Below, one piece after another: positions 1 to 8,787 of a DNA stretch of 64,000 nt; position 1 is the first letter of the stretch, and each line of letters starts with the position of its first letter. The translations under genes and the position numbers were made by a program. The notes beneath the pieces were generated by a model. That model ran no database searches and was not told the DNA's origin. It was given only the letters and a program-made list of their open reading frames with translations. This DNA comes from an uncultured delta proteobacterium (GTDB taxonomy: Bacteria; Desulfobacterota; Desulfobaccia; Desulfobaccales; 0-14-0-80-60-11): assembly GCA_963773285.1 (NCBI GenBank), contig CAVZAM010000006.1, positions 25,786-89,785 on the forward strand, in the 5' to 3' direction.

Positions 1-903
1 GAAATAAAAATAGTCATCCACCTTGAACCAGGAAACCGGTTTGCCGTCGGCCTCGGTGTCTTTCACCAGGTTATAGTAACAGGAGCCCAGGATGTCCCGG
101 TAAACGCTGAGAAGGGCGATGATGTTATCCACCCGGGAATAAAAGTGGCTTCGGCCCAGGCGCAGGTCCTCGGCGTAGGCCCGCAGGTCCTGGATAGCCT
201 CCTGGTACTTGCCGGAGGCGGAGGGAAACCAGTATTTATCGGGGCTCACCATGAGGAAATTCATGGCCTCGTTGACCTCGGGATTGTGGGCCTCGGTGAC
301 CGCGAACCGGGTCATGTTTTCGTTCAGGACAATCACCGTACGCCGGGCCACTTCCAGCACCCCGAGCTGCTGGTTGTTGACATTGTCCGTCAGGCCGAAC
401 TTGCCGAAAATGATGGTATTGGGACGCCAGCCGAAAAAGGATTTGTTCACCTGGTCGTCTATGATCTTGGCCAGGGCATGGGTAAAGGCCTGGCCTCTGA
501 CTTTTTCCAGCGGGGGAGCCACGTGGGGCGCGGCCTGGACCGGGACCAAAGGTGGAGGCGCCGCGGCGGCGTGCCGGGGTTTTTCCGGCTGGGGCGCGGC
601 CTCCACCACGGCCTTGGGCGGGGTGAGCTTGGGCTCGGTAATTTCCACCTTGGCATGCTCAGCAGCATGTTCAGCCGGGGCTGGCGCCGCCGGCACCAGG
701 GGCCGGACTGCCACCGGGGTTTCCCGGTGCACCGGGGCCGTCGCGGTCTTGCCTTGAAAAAACCACCCCAGGCCGAAAATAACCACGAAAAAAAGGACGA
801 CGGCCAGGGCCGCCAGGAGAATCCGGTGCTCCAGCAAGGCCTTTAAGCCTCGCGGCGGTTCGGGTTCCGGGGGCAGGGGCATGGGCAGTTTTTCAAGAGT
901 CAT
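1..903 (-). CDS. DUF2333-like membrane-anchored protein (C-terminus lies beyond the window edge)
   Basis: Minus-strand frame is open from ATG at 903 to position 1 (301 codons, no stop, so absent from the ORF track). It has an N-terminal TM segment ILLAALAVVLFFVVIFGLGWFF, a Pro/Ala linker, then a globular part FFGWRPNTIIFG...NQQLGVLEV. The + strand ORFs 145..846 and 209..757 are antisense shadows. The family assignment is from memory only. Confidence 0.6.
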   Translation of the reverse strand, partial: MTLEKLPMPLPPEPEPPRGLKALLEHRILLAALAVVLFFVVIFGLGWFFQGKTATAPVHRETPVAVRPLVPAAPAPAEHAAEHAKVEITEPKLTPPKAVVEAAPQPEKPRHAAAAPPPLVPVQAAPHVAPPLEKVRGQAFTHALAKIIDDQVNKSFFGWRPNTIIFGKFGLTDNVNNQQLGVLEVARRTVIVLNENMTRFAVTEAHNPEVNEAMNFLMVSPDKYWFPSASGKYQEAIQDLRAYAEDLRLGRSHFYSRVDNIIALLSVYRDILGSCYYNLVKDTEADGKPVSWFKVDDYFYF

Positions 904-912
904 GGGACAGGC

Positions 913-1581
913 TCATTTTTTTGGAGGCTCATGGAGAATTTTGGCGCTAAAAATAAAAAGGCGCGTGTGAGGGTCTTCCCAGGCGTCCTGGGGGAGACCC
1001 GCTTTGACAGAAGTCTGCTTCAGAAAGGTGCGGCGGTCCCAGCCGTATTCGGTGGCCACCTGGGGGAGGAGCAGCCCCCGGTAGGGGCCCTGTTCCAGGT
1101 AAATGCCGTCCCGGCCTACCTCGATCTCCTCGATGTTTTTGATCCGGCGCATGGGGCTGAGGACGGAAATCTCCAGGTCGAGGCCGGCCACCTCTTCCTG
1201 CCGCAATGGCGGGAAGCGGGGGTCATTGAAGGCCGCGGCTGTGGCCATGTCCTGCACCGCGGCCAAAAGGGGTTTCATGGCTTCGAGGTAGCCGATGCAC
1301 CCCCGCAGGCGGCCATTAAGGTGCAGGGTGACAAACACCCCGCTGGGCCGGGAAAGAGCCGGAGAAGCATCCGTGGGCAAGGGGGCTTTTTCACCTTTGA
1401 GATGGGCTTGGATGCTCTCCCGGGCCACCCGGAACAGTATTGCTTGGTCAGCGGCGCTAAGATCCATGGCTACTTCCCCTCCGAAGGCGGGCAGGGCCAT
1501 CCCGGCCAGAAGCGGGATGAGCAGGAAAGCAAGGCACCTTTTTACCAGGGGTGTTGACATTGGCGGCGAAGGCAAAGACAT
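913..1581 (-). CDS. AMMECR1-domain protein with hydrophobic N-terminal signal/anchor
   Basis: 222-aa ORF with AMMECR1 hallmarks GVFVTLH..GRLRGCIGY and GLLLPQVA. The N-terminus CLAFLLIPLLAGMALPAFGG is hydrophobic. An alternative ATG lies at 1560. Confidence 0.85.
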   Translation of the reverse strand: MSLPSPPMSTPLVKRCLAFLLIPLLAGMALPAFGGEVAMDLSAADQAILFRVARESIQAHLKGEKAPLPTDASPALSRPSGVFVTLHLNGRLRGCIGYLEAMKPLLAAVQDMATAAAFNDPRFPPLRQEEVAGLDLEISVLSPMRRIKNIEEIEVGRDGIYLEQGPYRGLLLPQVATEYGWDRRTFLKQTSVKAGLPQDAWEDPHTRLFIFSAKILHEPPKK

Positions 1582-1726
1582 TGTGGCTGAGTCCCCATAT
1601 AATCAGGAATCTGCGGCCCTGTCAATGGCAAAGGCTAAGCGCGCCGGGCCCGGCGGTTAAGGGGAATCTTGCATCCGGCGGCCTGCCTTGATAAAGTAAA
1701 TAGTTAAAAATTCAACCGCTTCTAAT

Positions 1727-2422
1727 ATGAAGACTTACCCCATCTTCGCCCTCATCGAAGACCGCGCCTGCCTGGTGGTGGGAGGCGGTGCCGTGGGGGA
1801 GCGCAAGGTCGGGGACCTTCTCCTGGCCGGGGCCCGGGTGACCGTAGTGAGCCGGGAGCTGACCCCGGGGCTGATGCAATTGGCCGGACAAGGGAATATT
1901 CAGGTTATCAGGGCTGATTTTACCCCGGACCACCTTGATGGCATGACTTTGGTGGTGGGGGCTACGGACGACCCCCAGGTCAACCGGGAGGTGAGCGCCG
2001 CGGCAAAGAATCGGGGTCTTTTTGTCAATATTGTGGACGCCCCGGAACTGTGCACCTTCATCGTGCCGGCCCAGGTGCGCCGGGGGCCCCTCACCATCGC
2101 GGTCAGCACCGGCGGGGCCTCCCCGGCCCTGGCCCGCCGGGTGCGGGAGGAACTGGAAGAGCGCTTCGGCCCCGGGTACGGCCGTTTTCTCCGGGTCCTC
2201 CAGGCAGTCCGGGTGCGGGTCCTGGCCCGGCGGCGGGCCCACCCGGACAACCCCCGCCTCTTTCAGCGCCTGGTGGCCGGCCCCCTGGAAGAGGCACTCG
2301 CCCGGGAGGACCGGGCCCGGGCCCTGGCAGCCCTGGAAGAGACGCTGGGCGGCATCCTGGCCCCTGAAGAACTGGCCGCCGCCCTGGACGAAACCTGGGA
2401 GGATAAGGAAGAGGGAAGGTAA
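1727..2422 (+). CDS. sirC: precorrin-2 dehydrogenase / sirohydrochlorin ferrochelatase (siroheme synthase N-terminal-domain type)
   Basis: 231-aa ORF with Rossmann motif VVGGGAVGERK, FVNIVD and SPALARRVREELE segments typical of CysG-N/SirC. It lies upstream of hemA. Confidence 0.8.
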   Translation: MKTYPIFALIEDRACLVVGGGAVGERKVGDLLLAGARVTVVSRELTPGLMQLAGQGNIQVIRADFTPDHLDGMTLVVGATDDPQVNREVSAAAKNRGLFVNIVDAPELCTFIVPAQVRRGPLTIAVSTGGASPALARRVREELEERFGPGYGRFLRVLQAVRVRVLARRRAHPDNPRLFQRLVAGPLEEALAREDRARALAALEETLGGILAPEELAAALDETWEDKEEGR

Positions 2423-2430
2423 GATTTTTC

Positions 2431-2616
2431 TTGGGGGAGGGGGCTAAGGGCCGTGGGCCCTTACCCCCTCCCCCAAGCCCCCTCCCCCCATCCCTTAGTG
2501 GGGAATAAAAAAACAGGAGAAGCAGGGCCGTATCCCCGCCTTCTCCCGCCCATTAAAAGGGTTGGGAGGGGGGCCGGGGGGAGGGCAGGGAGCCGCTGCT
2601 CCCTGGCCCTCCCCCC
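2431..2616 (+). repeat. G/C-tract modular intergenic repeat, copy 1 (full length, forward)
   Basis: TTGGGGGAGGGGGCTAAGGGCCgtgGGCCCTTACCCCCTCCCCC...CCCTTAG[centre]AAAAGGGTTGGGAGGGGGG..GGGGGAGGGCAGGGAGCcgctGCTCCCTGGCCCTCCCCCC. It lies between the sirC stop and the ccsA-like start. Confidence 0.9.
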
Positions 2617-2648
2617 GCCTAACAATACATAATAAAACCGAGCGGTTG

Positions 2649-3479
2649 ATGGCCAATATTTTTTTCTCCCTGACCTTGCTGGCCTATTACAGCGCCAGCG
2701 CCCTGTTTATCGCCTATTTCCTGGCCCAGCGGGAGTCTTTCTGCCGCCTGGGCACCAGGCTCCTGGCGGTGGGGTTGGGATTTCACACCGCGGCCCTGGC
2801 TCTCGTCGCCATGACCCTGGGACGGCTGCCGGCAGCCACCCTGGGGGAGGCGCTCCTGGTTTTTTCCTGGACCTTGGTCCTGGCGTTTCTCCTGCTCTTT
2901 TGGCGCTTCCCCATCCGGGTGCTGGGGGCCCTGGCCGCGCCCCTGGCGGCCCTCATGCTGTCGGCGGGGCTCATTGAGCCCATGGGCAAAAACGCCGTCT
3001 CGCCGCTGTTAAAAAACTTTTGGGTAATGCTGCACGTCGGCCTTACCTTCCTGGGGACGGCCGCCCTGTCCCTGGCCGGCCTGGGCGGGCTGTTTTACCT
3101 GGTGCAGGAGCGCCAGATCAAGAAGAAAAAGTTCGGTTTTTTCTACCGGCGCCTGCCGTCCCTGGAGCAGCTGGACGCGCTGAGCTACTGGTGCCTTTCC
3201 GTGGGCTTTCCCCTGCTCACCGCCGGCATGGTCACCGGCTCGCTCTACGCCCAGTATACCTTGGGGAGGTTTTTCAGCTTCGATCCCAAGGAGATCCTGA
3301 CCCTCATTGCCTGGCTGATCTACGCCGTCCTCCTGCACGAACGCCTGACCGTGGGCTGGCGGGGCCGCCGGGCGGCTATCCTGGCCCTGTGCGGCCTCAG
3401 CGTCCTCATCATCACTTTTCTGGGCGGCTTATGGTTGGGGGGGTACCACAGCTTCGCCAGTTTTAGCGGGAAGCCATGA
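2649..3479 (+). CDS. cytochrome c assembly protein family (CcsA/HemX-like) integral membrane protein
   Basis: The ORF track gives 2562..3479, but the first 29 codons read through the repeat. ATG at 2649 starts a polytopic membrane protein. Its stop overlaps the hemA start (ATGA at 3476-3479), the hemA-linked position known for HemX/CcsA-like genes. Confidence 0.75.
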   Translation: MANIFFSLTLLAYYSASALFIAYFLAQRESFCRLGTRLLAVGLGFHTAALALVAMTLGRLPAATLGEALLVFSWTLVLAFLLLFWRFPIRVLGALAAPLAALMLSAGLIEPMGKNAVSPLLKNFWVMLHVGLTFLGTAALSLAGLGGLFYLVQERQIKKKKFGFFYRRLPSLEQLDALSYWCLSVGFPLLTAGMVTGSLYAQYTLGRFFSFDPKEILTLIAWLIYAVLLHERLTVGWRGRRAAILALCGLSVLIITFLGGLWLGGYHSFASFSGKP

Positions 3480-4771
3480 ATCTCCTCCTGACCGGCGTCA
3501 ATCACCAGACCGCAGGGGTGGAACTGCGTGAGAAGCTCTGCGCCCTCCTTCCCGACGCAGAGGGGTCCTTCCCCCTCCTGCTGGCCGCCCCGGAAATCCA
3601 TGAAGTCCTGTATTACGCCACCTGCAACCGGGTGGAGGTGCTGTGTGTCACGGACTCTCCGGAAGAGGCCCGGGGAGTGGTGGCTGCCTTCCTTGGCCGC
3701 CACCCGGAGGTGACCCCCCCGGACCTGGCCCGGGCCCTCTATGTGCACCAGGACCAGGAGGCGGTGCGTCACCTGTTTCGGGTGGCCGCGAGTCTGGACG
3801 CCCTGGTGGTGGGGGAGCCCCAGATCCTGGGGCAGGTGAAGGAGGCCTACCGCCGGGCCACGGAATTTCAGGCCACCGGGCCCATTTTAAACCGGCTCCT
3901 CCACAAGACCTTCACCGTGGCCAAACGGGTGCGCACCGAAACCGGCATCGGCGACCACGCCGTGAGCGTCAGCTACGCCGCCTTGGCCCTGGGCAAGAAG
4001 ATTTTCGGGGACCTGCGGGGGAAAAATGTGCTCCTGCTGGGGGCCGGGGAAATGGCCGAGCTGGCCCTGGAGCACCTGCAGGGTCAGGGGGCCGGGCGGG
4101 TCGTCATCGCCAACCGCACCCTGGAGCGGGGCTTGCGCCTGGCCGAACGTTTCGGCGGCGAGGCCGTCTCCCTGGAGGAACTGGAGTCCCAGCTGCTCGT
4201 TGCCGACATCCTGCTCAGCTCCACGGGTTCGGCCTCCTACCTCCTCACCCGGGACCAGGTGCGGGGGGTGATGCGCCGCCGCCGGCAGCGCCCCCTGTTC
4301 ATGATCGACATCGGCGTCCCCCGGGACCTGGACCCCGGGATCAACGACCTGGACAACGTCTACCTGTACAATATCGACGACCTGAAGGAAGTGGTGGCGG
4401 AAAACCGGGAGCGCCGCCGGGAAGCCGCGGTGGAGGCCGATCGCCTGGTGGCCGCCGAAACCCTGAAATTCACGGACTGGCTGAAAACGTTGTCGGTGTA
4501 TCCCACCATTATTTCCTTGCGGGAAAAGGCCCAGACTATCTGCCGGGCGGAACTGAAAAAGACTCTCGGCCACTTGGGACCGCTCACCCCCGAGCAGGAG
4601 CAGGCCCTGCTGGTCATGACCGAGGCCATCACCAACAAGCTCCTCCACGACCCCATCATCTTTCTCAAGGGCCACCACCACCGCACCCGGGGCGAGGCCG
4701 AGCTGGCCATGGTGCGGCGCCTGTTCAATCTGGACCCCACGGCCCGGGAGGAACCGCCGGAGAAGGCTTGA
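3476..4771 (+). CDS. hemA: glutamyl-tRNA reductase
   Basis: 431-aa ORF with N-terminal LLLTGVNHQTAGVELREK, catalytic-region motif YATCNRVEV, NADPH motif LLLGAGEMAE and a dimerisation helix. Confidence 0.95.
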   Translation: MNLLLTGVNHQTAGVELREKLCALLPDAEGSFPLLLAAPEIHEVLYYATCNRVEVLCVTDSPEEARGVVAAFLGRHPEVTPPDLARALYVHQDQEAVRHLFRVAASLDALVVGEPQILGQVKEAYRRATEFQATGPILNRLLHKTFTVAKRVRTETGIGDHAVSVSYAALALGKKIFGDLRGKNVLLLGAGEMAELALEHLQGQGAGRVVIANRTLERGLRLAERFGGEAVSLEELESQLLVADILLSSTGSASYLLTRDQVRGVMRRRRQRPLFMIDIGVPRDLDPGINDLDNVYLYNIDDLKEVVAENRERRREAAVEADRLVAAETLKFTDWLKTLSVYPTIISLREKAQTICRAELKKTLGHLGPLTPEQEQALLVMTEAITNKLLHDPIIFLKGHHHRTRGEAELAMVRRLFNLDPTAREEPPEKA

Positions 4772-4902
4772 GGGCCGGCCAGGTTCCATCCCGGTTCATC
4801 CAGCGTCAGAATATTTTGTTGATTATCAGCCCGGTATAAATTTTCCTTGGCCTTGACTGACACGGCTGCCGCGGAAATGTGAGTTAGTCTTCCTGATGCT
4901 TA

Positions 4903-4911
4903 TGGTATAAT
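4903..4911 (+). promoter_or_regulatory. possible extended -10 promoter element (TGgTATAAT)
   Basis: TGGTATAAT lies 42 nt upstream of the ATG at 4953. No good -35 hexamer sits at 17 bp. Confidence 0.3.
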
Positions 4912-4952
4912 TACCCATAGGCATTCGAGGGTTGAGCCCCTTTGAGGTCCCC

Positions 4953-5342
4953 ATGACCAACATCATCGACATAGAAGACCGCCTGAAGCTGGAGCAGAAA
5001 AAGAAGCTCAAGGTGGACAAGGCCAAGAAGATGGAGGCGGTGCGCAAGATCCTGCAGTGCACCCGTTGCCTGGCCCGCTGCCACAAATGCGGCATGCAGT
5101 TTGACACCACCGGCATGTACAGACGCTACAAGAGTCCGTTCCGCTTCTGTGAAAGCTGCCAGGAAGAATATGACGAGTTTATGCGCCTGAAGACCGAAGG
5201 CGGGGAGAGCCACTTTTACTGGCACAACCGGGCCTGGCAGACCCTGTGGCAGACCTGGCTGGACTATCAGCAGGCCCTGAAGGATTACGGGGAGTCCCCG
5301 GAGTTCATCGAACTGGTGCGGGAAGTGGAATGGGACCGGTGA
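4953..5342 (+). CDS. hypothetical Cys-rich (putative zinc-ribbon) protein
   Basis: ATG at 4953 is preceded by GAGGT. The motifs CTRCLARCHKCG and CESC suggest metal binding, and the N-terminus is Lys-rich. The ORF-track start at 4932 is a TTG. Confidence 0.6.
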   Translation: MTNIIDIEDRLKLEQKKKLKVDKAKKMEAVRKILQCTRCLARCHKCGMQFDTTGMYRRYKSPFRFCESCQEEYDEFMRLKTEGGESHFYWHNRAWQTLWQTWLDYQQALKDYGESPEFIELVREVEWDR

Positions 5343-5376
5343 CCGCCGCCACCGGCCCCAGGGCCCAGGCCGGGTC

Positions 5377-5568
5377 TCAGGCTCCTTCCCCCAGGCGGTA
5401 GGCGTGCTGCAGGATTTCCATGGCCAGGTTGAAGGCATTCTCCCGGGTTATAGTGAATTCGAAATGGGTAATGCCCCCTTTGTACAACATAATCTTGAGC
5501 ACTCCTTCGGGTTTCTGGGCCACCGCGACTTCCCCTTTGGGCTCAAGGGTCTCAAAGGTCCGATTCAT
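5377..5568 (-). CDS. small hypothetical protein (63 aa)
   Basis: An internal ATG at 5568 is preceded by GGAGGAAGCT. The sequence is MNRTFETLEPKGEV...; I recognise no family. Confidence 0.45.
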   Translation of the reverse strand: MNRTFETLEPKGEVAVAQKPEGVLKIMLYKGGITHFEFTITRENAFNLAMEILQHAYRLGEGA

Positions 5569-5744
5569 AGCTTCCTCCACTGCTGAAATTCCCTGAAGTG
5601 GCAATCCACGACAGAGTAGTTGTGCCTGTAGCGGGCGTTGAGCCAAGGCCTTCAGGCCGGGCCATGTAAGCCTGGGCGCGCCTCGGGTGAAAAGTCCAAC
5701 AGCTTAGTAACTTAAACAAAAATCATCGGTAATTCAACTGTGAA

Positions 5745-7637
5745 ATGCCCTCCATGGCTGTTTATCCCACAGAATTTGACCTGATTGTGGTGGGGGCCGG
5801 GCACGCCGGCTGCGAAGGGGCCCTGGCGGCCGCCCGCATGGGCCTCAAGGTCCTGCTGCTCAGCCTCAACCTGGACACGGTGGCGGCCATGGCCTGCAAC
5901 CCGGCGGTGGGGGGCCTGGCCAAGGGGCACCTGGTGAAGGAAATCGACGCCTTGGGCGGGGCCATGGGGCACGCCGCCGACCTCACCGGGGTGCAGTTCC
6001 GCACCCTGAACCTCTCCAAGGGGCCGGCCGTCCGGGGGACCTGGGTCCAGTGCGACAAGCAGGCCTACCGCCTGGCCATGAAGGCCAAGGTGGAAGGGAC
6101 CCGGAACCTCACCGTCCGGGAGGCCATGGTTGAGCGGCTCCTGATGGAGGACGGCCGGGTGACGGGCGTGTTGGACTCCCTGGGGCTGGTCACCAGGGCC
6201 CGGGCCGTGCTCATCACCACGGGGACATTCTTGAACGGCCTTATTCACATCGGCGAGGTGAAAATCCAGGCGGGGCGGGCCGGGGAGTTCGCCGCCCTGG
6301 GGCTGGCCGCCCACCTGCAGGAACTGGGCTTCAGGATGGGCCGCTTAAAGACCGGCACGCCCCCGCGTCTCAGGGCCTCGTCCATCGATTTTTCCCTTCT
6401 TACCCGCCAGGAAGGGGACCCCAGGCCCCGGCCTTTTTCCTGGCGCACGGCTGCCCTGGCCGTGGAGCAGTTGCCGTGTTTTATCAGCCACACTACCTCT
6501 GAGACCCACCGCATCGTCCGCGACAACATCGGCCTTTCCCCCCTGTACAGCGGGGTCATCACCGGGGTGAGCGCCCGCTACTGCCCGTCCCTCGAGGACA
6601 AGGTGATGCGCTTCACCGACAAGCCCAGCCACCAGGTGACCCTGGAGCGGGAAGGCCGGGACACCGAGGAGATTTACGCCAAGGGCCTGGGGAACTGCCT
6701 GCCGGTGGCGATCCAGCTGCGGCTCTTTAGATCCGTGCCGGGCCTGGAGGAAGTGGAGGTCATGCGGCCGGCCTACGCCATCGAGTACGATTTCGTCGAC
6801 CCTACCGAGCTCAAGCCCACCCTCGAGACCAAAAGAATCGCCGGCCTGTATATGGCCGGGCAGATCAACGGCACTTCGGGCTACGAGGAGGCCGCGGCCC
6901 AGGGCCTCTGGGCCGGGGTCAACGCTGCCTGCGCCGTGACCGGCCGCCCGCCCTTCCTGCCGGACCGCTCCCAGGCCTACATGGCCGTGCTGGTGGACGA
7001 TCTGGTCACCAAGGGCACCCGGGAGCCCTACCGCCTGTTCACCTCCCGGGCCGAATACCGCCTGCTCCTCCGGGAGGACAACGCCGACCTGCGCCTCACG
7101 GAATGGGGCCATGACCTTGGCCTGGTGGACCGGGAAGCGGTGGCGCGCCTCAGGGAGAAAAAGCGCCTCATGGCCGAAGAAAACGCCCGCCTGGCCACCA
7201 AAAAGGTAATTTCCACCCCCGGGGTAAATCAGGAACTGGCGGCCCGGGGCACGGCCCCCATCAGCGAACCCACGCCGCTCCTGCGCCTGGTGAAACGTCC
7301 GGAACTGGACCTCATCACCTGCCTCAGGCTGGCGGGGGAGGAGACCCCGGCCGCGCCCCCGGCGGTCCTGGAGCAGATCGAAATCGAGCACAAGTACGCC
7401 GGTTACCTCAAGCGTCAGGCGGAGATGGCCCAGAAAATGGCCCAGTGGGAAGAGAAACGTATTCCGGAGGGCTTTGATTACGACGCGGTGCCGGGGCTGA
7501 GCAACGAAATCCGGCAGAAACTCAAGGAGGTGCGGCCCCGTTCCCTGGGGCAGGCAGGCCGCATGAGCGGCGTCACCCCGGCGGCGGTGGCCCTGCTCAT
7601 GGTCTACGTGAAACGGTATTGTGGGGGAGGGGGCTAA
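5745..7637 (+). CDS. mnmG: tRNA uridine-5-carboxymethylaminomethyl(34) synthesis enzyme MnmG (GidA)
   Basis: 630-aa ORF with FAD motif [19 protein letters not shown] and conserved [16 protein letters not shown]. The last 5 codons plus the stop (CGGGG-TAA) lie inside repeat copy 2. Confidence 0.95.
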   Translation: MPSMAVYPTEFDLIVVGAGHAGCEGALAAARMGLKVLLLSLNLDTVAAMACNPAVGGLAKGHLVKEIDALGGAMGHAADLTGVQFRTLNLSKGPAVRGTWVQCDKQAYRLAMKAKVEGTRNLTVREAMVERLLMEDGRVTGVLDSLGLVTRARAVLITTGTFLNGLIHIGEVKIQAGRAGEFAALGLAAHLQELGFRMGRLKTGTPPRLRASSIDFSLLTRQEGDPRPRPFSWRTAALAVEQLPCFISHTTSETHRIVRDNIGLSPLYSGVITGVSARYCPSLEDKVMRFTDKPSHQVTLEREGRDTEEIYAKGLGNCLPVAIQLRLFRSVPGLEEVEVMRPAYAIEYDFVDPTELKPTLETKRIAGLYMAGQINGTSGYEEAAAQGLWAGVNAACAVTGRPPFLPDRSQAYMAVLVDDLVTKGTREPYRLFTSRAEYRLLLREDNADLRLTEWGHDLGLVDREAVARLREKKRLMAEENARLATKKVISTPGVNQELAARGTAPISEPTPLLRLVKRPELDLITCLRLAGEETPAAPPAVLEQIEIEHKYAGYLKRQAEMAQKMAQWEEKRIPEGFDYDAVPGLSNEIRQKLKEVRPRSLGQAGRMSGVTPAAVALLMVYVKRYCGGGG

Positions 7638-7805
7638 GGGTGGAACCCTTACCCCCTCCCCCACGCCCCCTCCCCCAATCCCTTGAGTGGGGTGAGAGAA
7701 TTGTCGACGGCCGGTGCATAGCTCTGGCCGTCGACACCCACTAACAGGGTTGGGAGGGGGGTGTGGGGGGAGGGCAGGGAGCCGCGGCTCCCTGGCCCTC
7801 CCCCC
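7619..7805 (+). repeat. G/C-tract modular intergenic repeat, copy 2 (full length, forward)
   Basis: Matches the consensus. The centre carries a perfect 10-bp hairpin GTCGACGGCC..GGCCGTCGAC. Confidence 0.9.
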
Positions 7806-7813
7806 AAAGATCT

Positions 7814-7846
7814 AAAAACAAAGGGCCGGCTGACCGGTGACCGGCC
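7814..7846 (-). terminator. putative intrinsic terminator of the glycine-zipper lipoprotein gene
   Basis: The minus-strand RNA has GGCCGG-11 nt-CCGGCC followed by CUUUGUUUUU. Confidence 0.55.
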
Positions 7847-7879
7847 AACTGGCCCGAGCATGATGCGGCGCTGGCAGCT

Positions 7880-8122
7880 TTACTGCTGGTCTGTGCCGCG
7901 GGATTTCTCAAACTGGTCGTAAATCAAGCCCCCCAAGGCCCCGGCGCCGCCACCCACAGCGGCTCCCACCGCGGGGTTGCCGGCGGCCCAACCGACCAGG
8001 GCCCCGCCGCTGGCGCCGATGGCGCCGCCCGAGAGCACCCGTTGTTCGGTAGTGGACATGCCAGCACAACCGGCGAACACAAAAGTGGCCGCCACCGCCA
8101 AAATGAGCATCTGTTTTTTCAT
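7880..8122 (-). CDS. glycine-zipper lipoprotein (YMGG/Gly-zipper type)
   Basis: ATG at 8122 follows GGGGGAGG. The lipobox is FAGC, followed by a GxxxG-rich segment GGAIGASGGALVGWAAGNPAVGAAVGGGAGALGG. Confidence 0.75.
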   Translation of the reverse strand: MKKQMLILAVAATFVFAGCAGMSTTEQRVLSGGAIGASGGALVGWAAGNPAVGAAVGGGAGALGGLIYDQFEKSRGTDQQ

Positions 8123-8339
8123 ACCTCCCCCCTTCTTTTGATGTACTCCTTCTTGATTGGGGCTTTCCTGCGATCTCCCCAAGGCCGCAGGAACGCGGTG
8201 ATTAATGGATGTCTTACTTCTCCCTCAAACAGGATAAGAGCTTTTTCCTAAATTGCCAGCCGTTCTTCCTGGATAAAGCCATAGCAAAGCCACGCGGCGC
8301 GGCACTGGAGGACTCAACGATTCCTCTTTAGAGGGCTGC

Positions 8340-8678
8340 TCAAGAAGCGCTGGCGGCCACCTTGCTCCTGGGTTTGGCGGCAGGGCACTTTTTCTTGGCG
8401 GTCTTGCTGACTTTTTTGACGCCGCTCGGTTTGGCCGCCCCCACCGCGCAGGTTTTTTGGGTTGATTTTTTGCTTTTGACCACCGGGGTGGCCGGACAAA
8501 CGGGCTTGGCCACGTCCAGATTCGGGGACCGGGGCTCCGGTTGCTGGTTGGCCGGCATGGCCAGGGGGCGCTGGGTTTCCAGCATGGGTGGAACGCCCGA
8601 GCTCGTCTGGGAGAAGCCGGCGCCGGGCAGGACACTCAAGAAAAAGGCCGCAGTGCACAAGCCGAGAAATCGCTTCAT
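8340..8678 (-). CDS. secreted Lys-rich, three-Cys small protein (paralog A)
   Basis: An internal ATG at 8678 gives MKRFLGLCTAAFFLSVLPGAGFS as signal peptide. The mature part has a Pro-rich half followed by a basic half: KPVCPATPVVKSKKSTQKTCAVG..KKKCPAAKPRSK. Confidence 0.55.
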   Translation of the reverse strand: MKRFLGLCTAAFFLSVLPGAGFSQTSSGVPPMLETQRPLAMPANQQPEPRSPNLDVAKPVCPATPVVKSKKSTQKTCAVGAAKPSGVKKVSKTAKKKCPAAKPRSKVAASAS

Positions 8679-8787
8679 GAATTTTACCTCGCCAACAAGT
8701 CTTCGACACGGCACCGGGGAGACGACTCCCTTACGGGAATAGCCTCCCCGGCTGATAATGACGACAATAGCTTGGTGTAATACCGCG

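Noticed and set aside
145-846. Long + strand ORFs (233 and 182 aa) at the left edge
   Set aside because: Their composition is Gly/Arg/Pro-rich with no recognisable motifs. They lie antisense to a continuous, sensible minus-strand frame (1-903). This is the typical shadow ORF of GC-rich DNA.
7649-7861. Small ORFs that translate through the G/C-tract repeats (also 20142-20336, 42689-43057, 54764-54985, 55733-56038 and 58117-58383)
   Set aside because: Their reading frames consist of poly-G/P/W products of the repeat itself (WGEGREP.., PPPNPL..). They occur in different frames and strands in different copies, so the repeat is not protein-coding.
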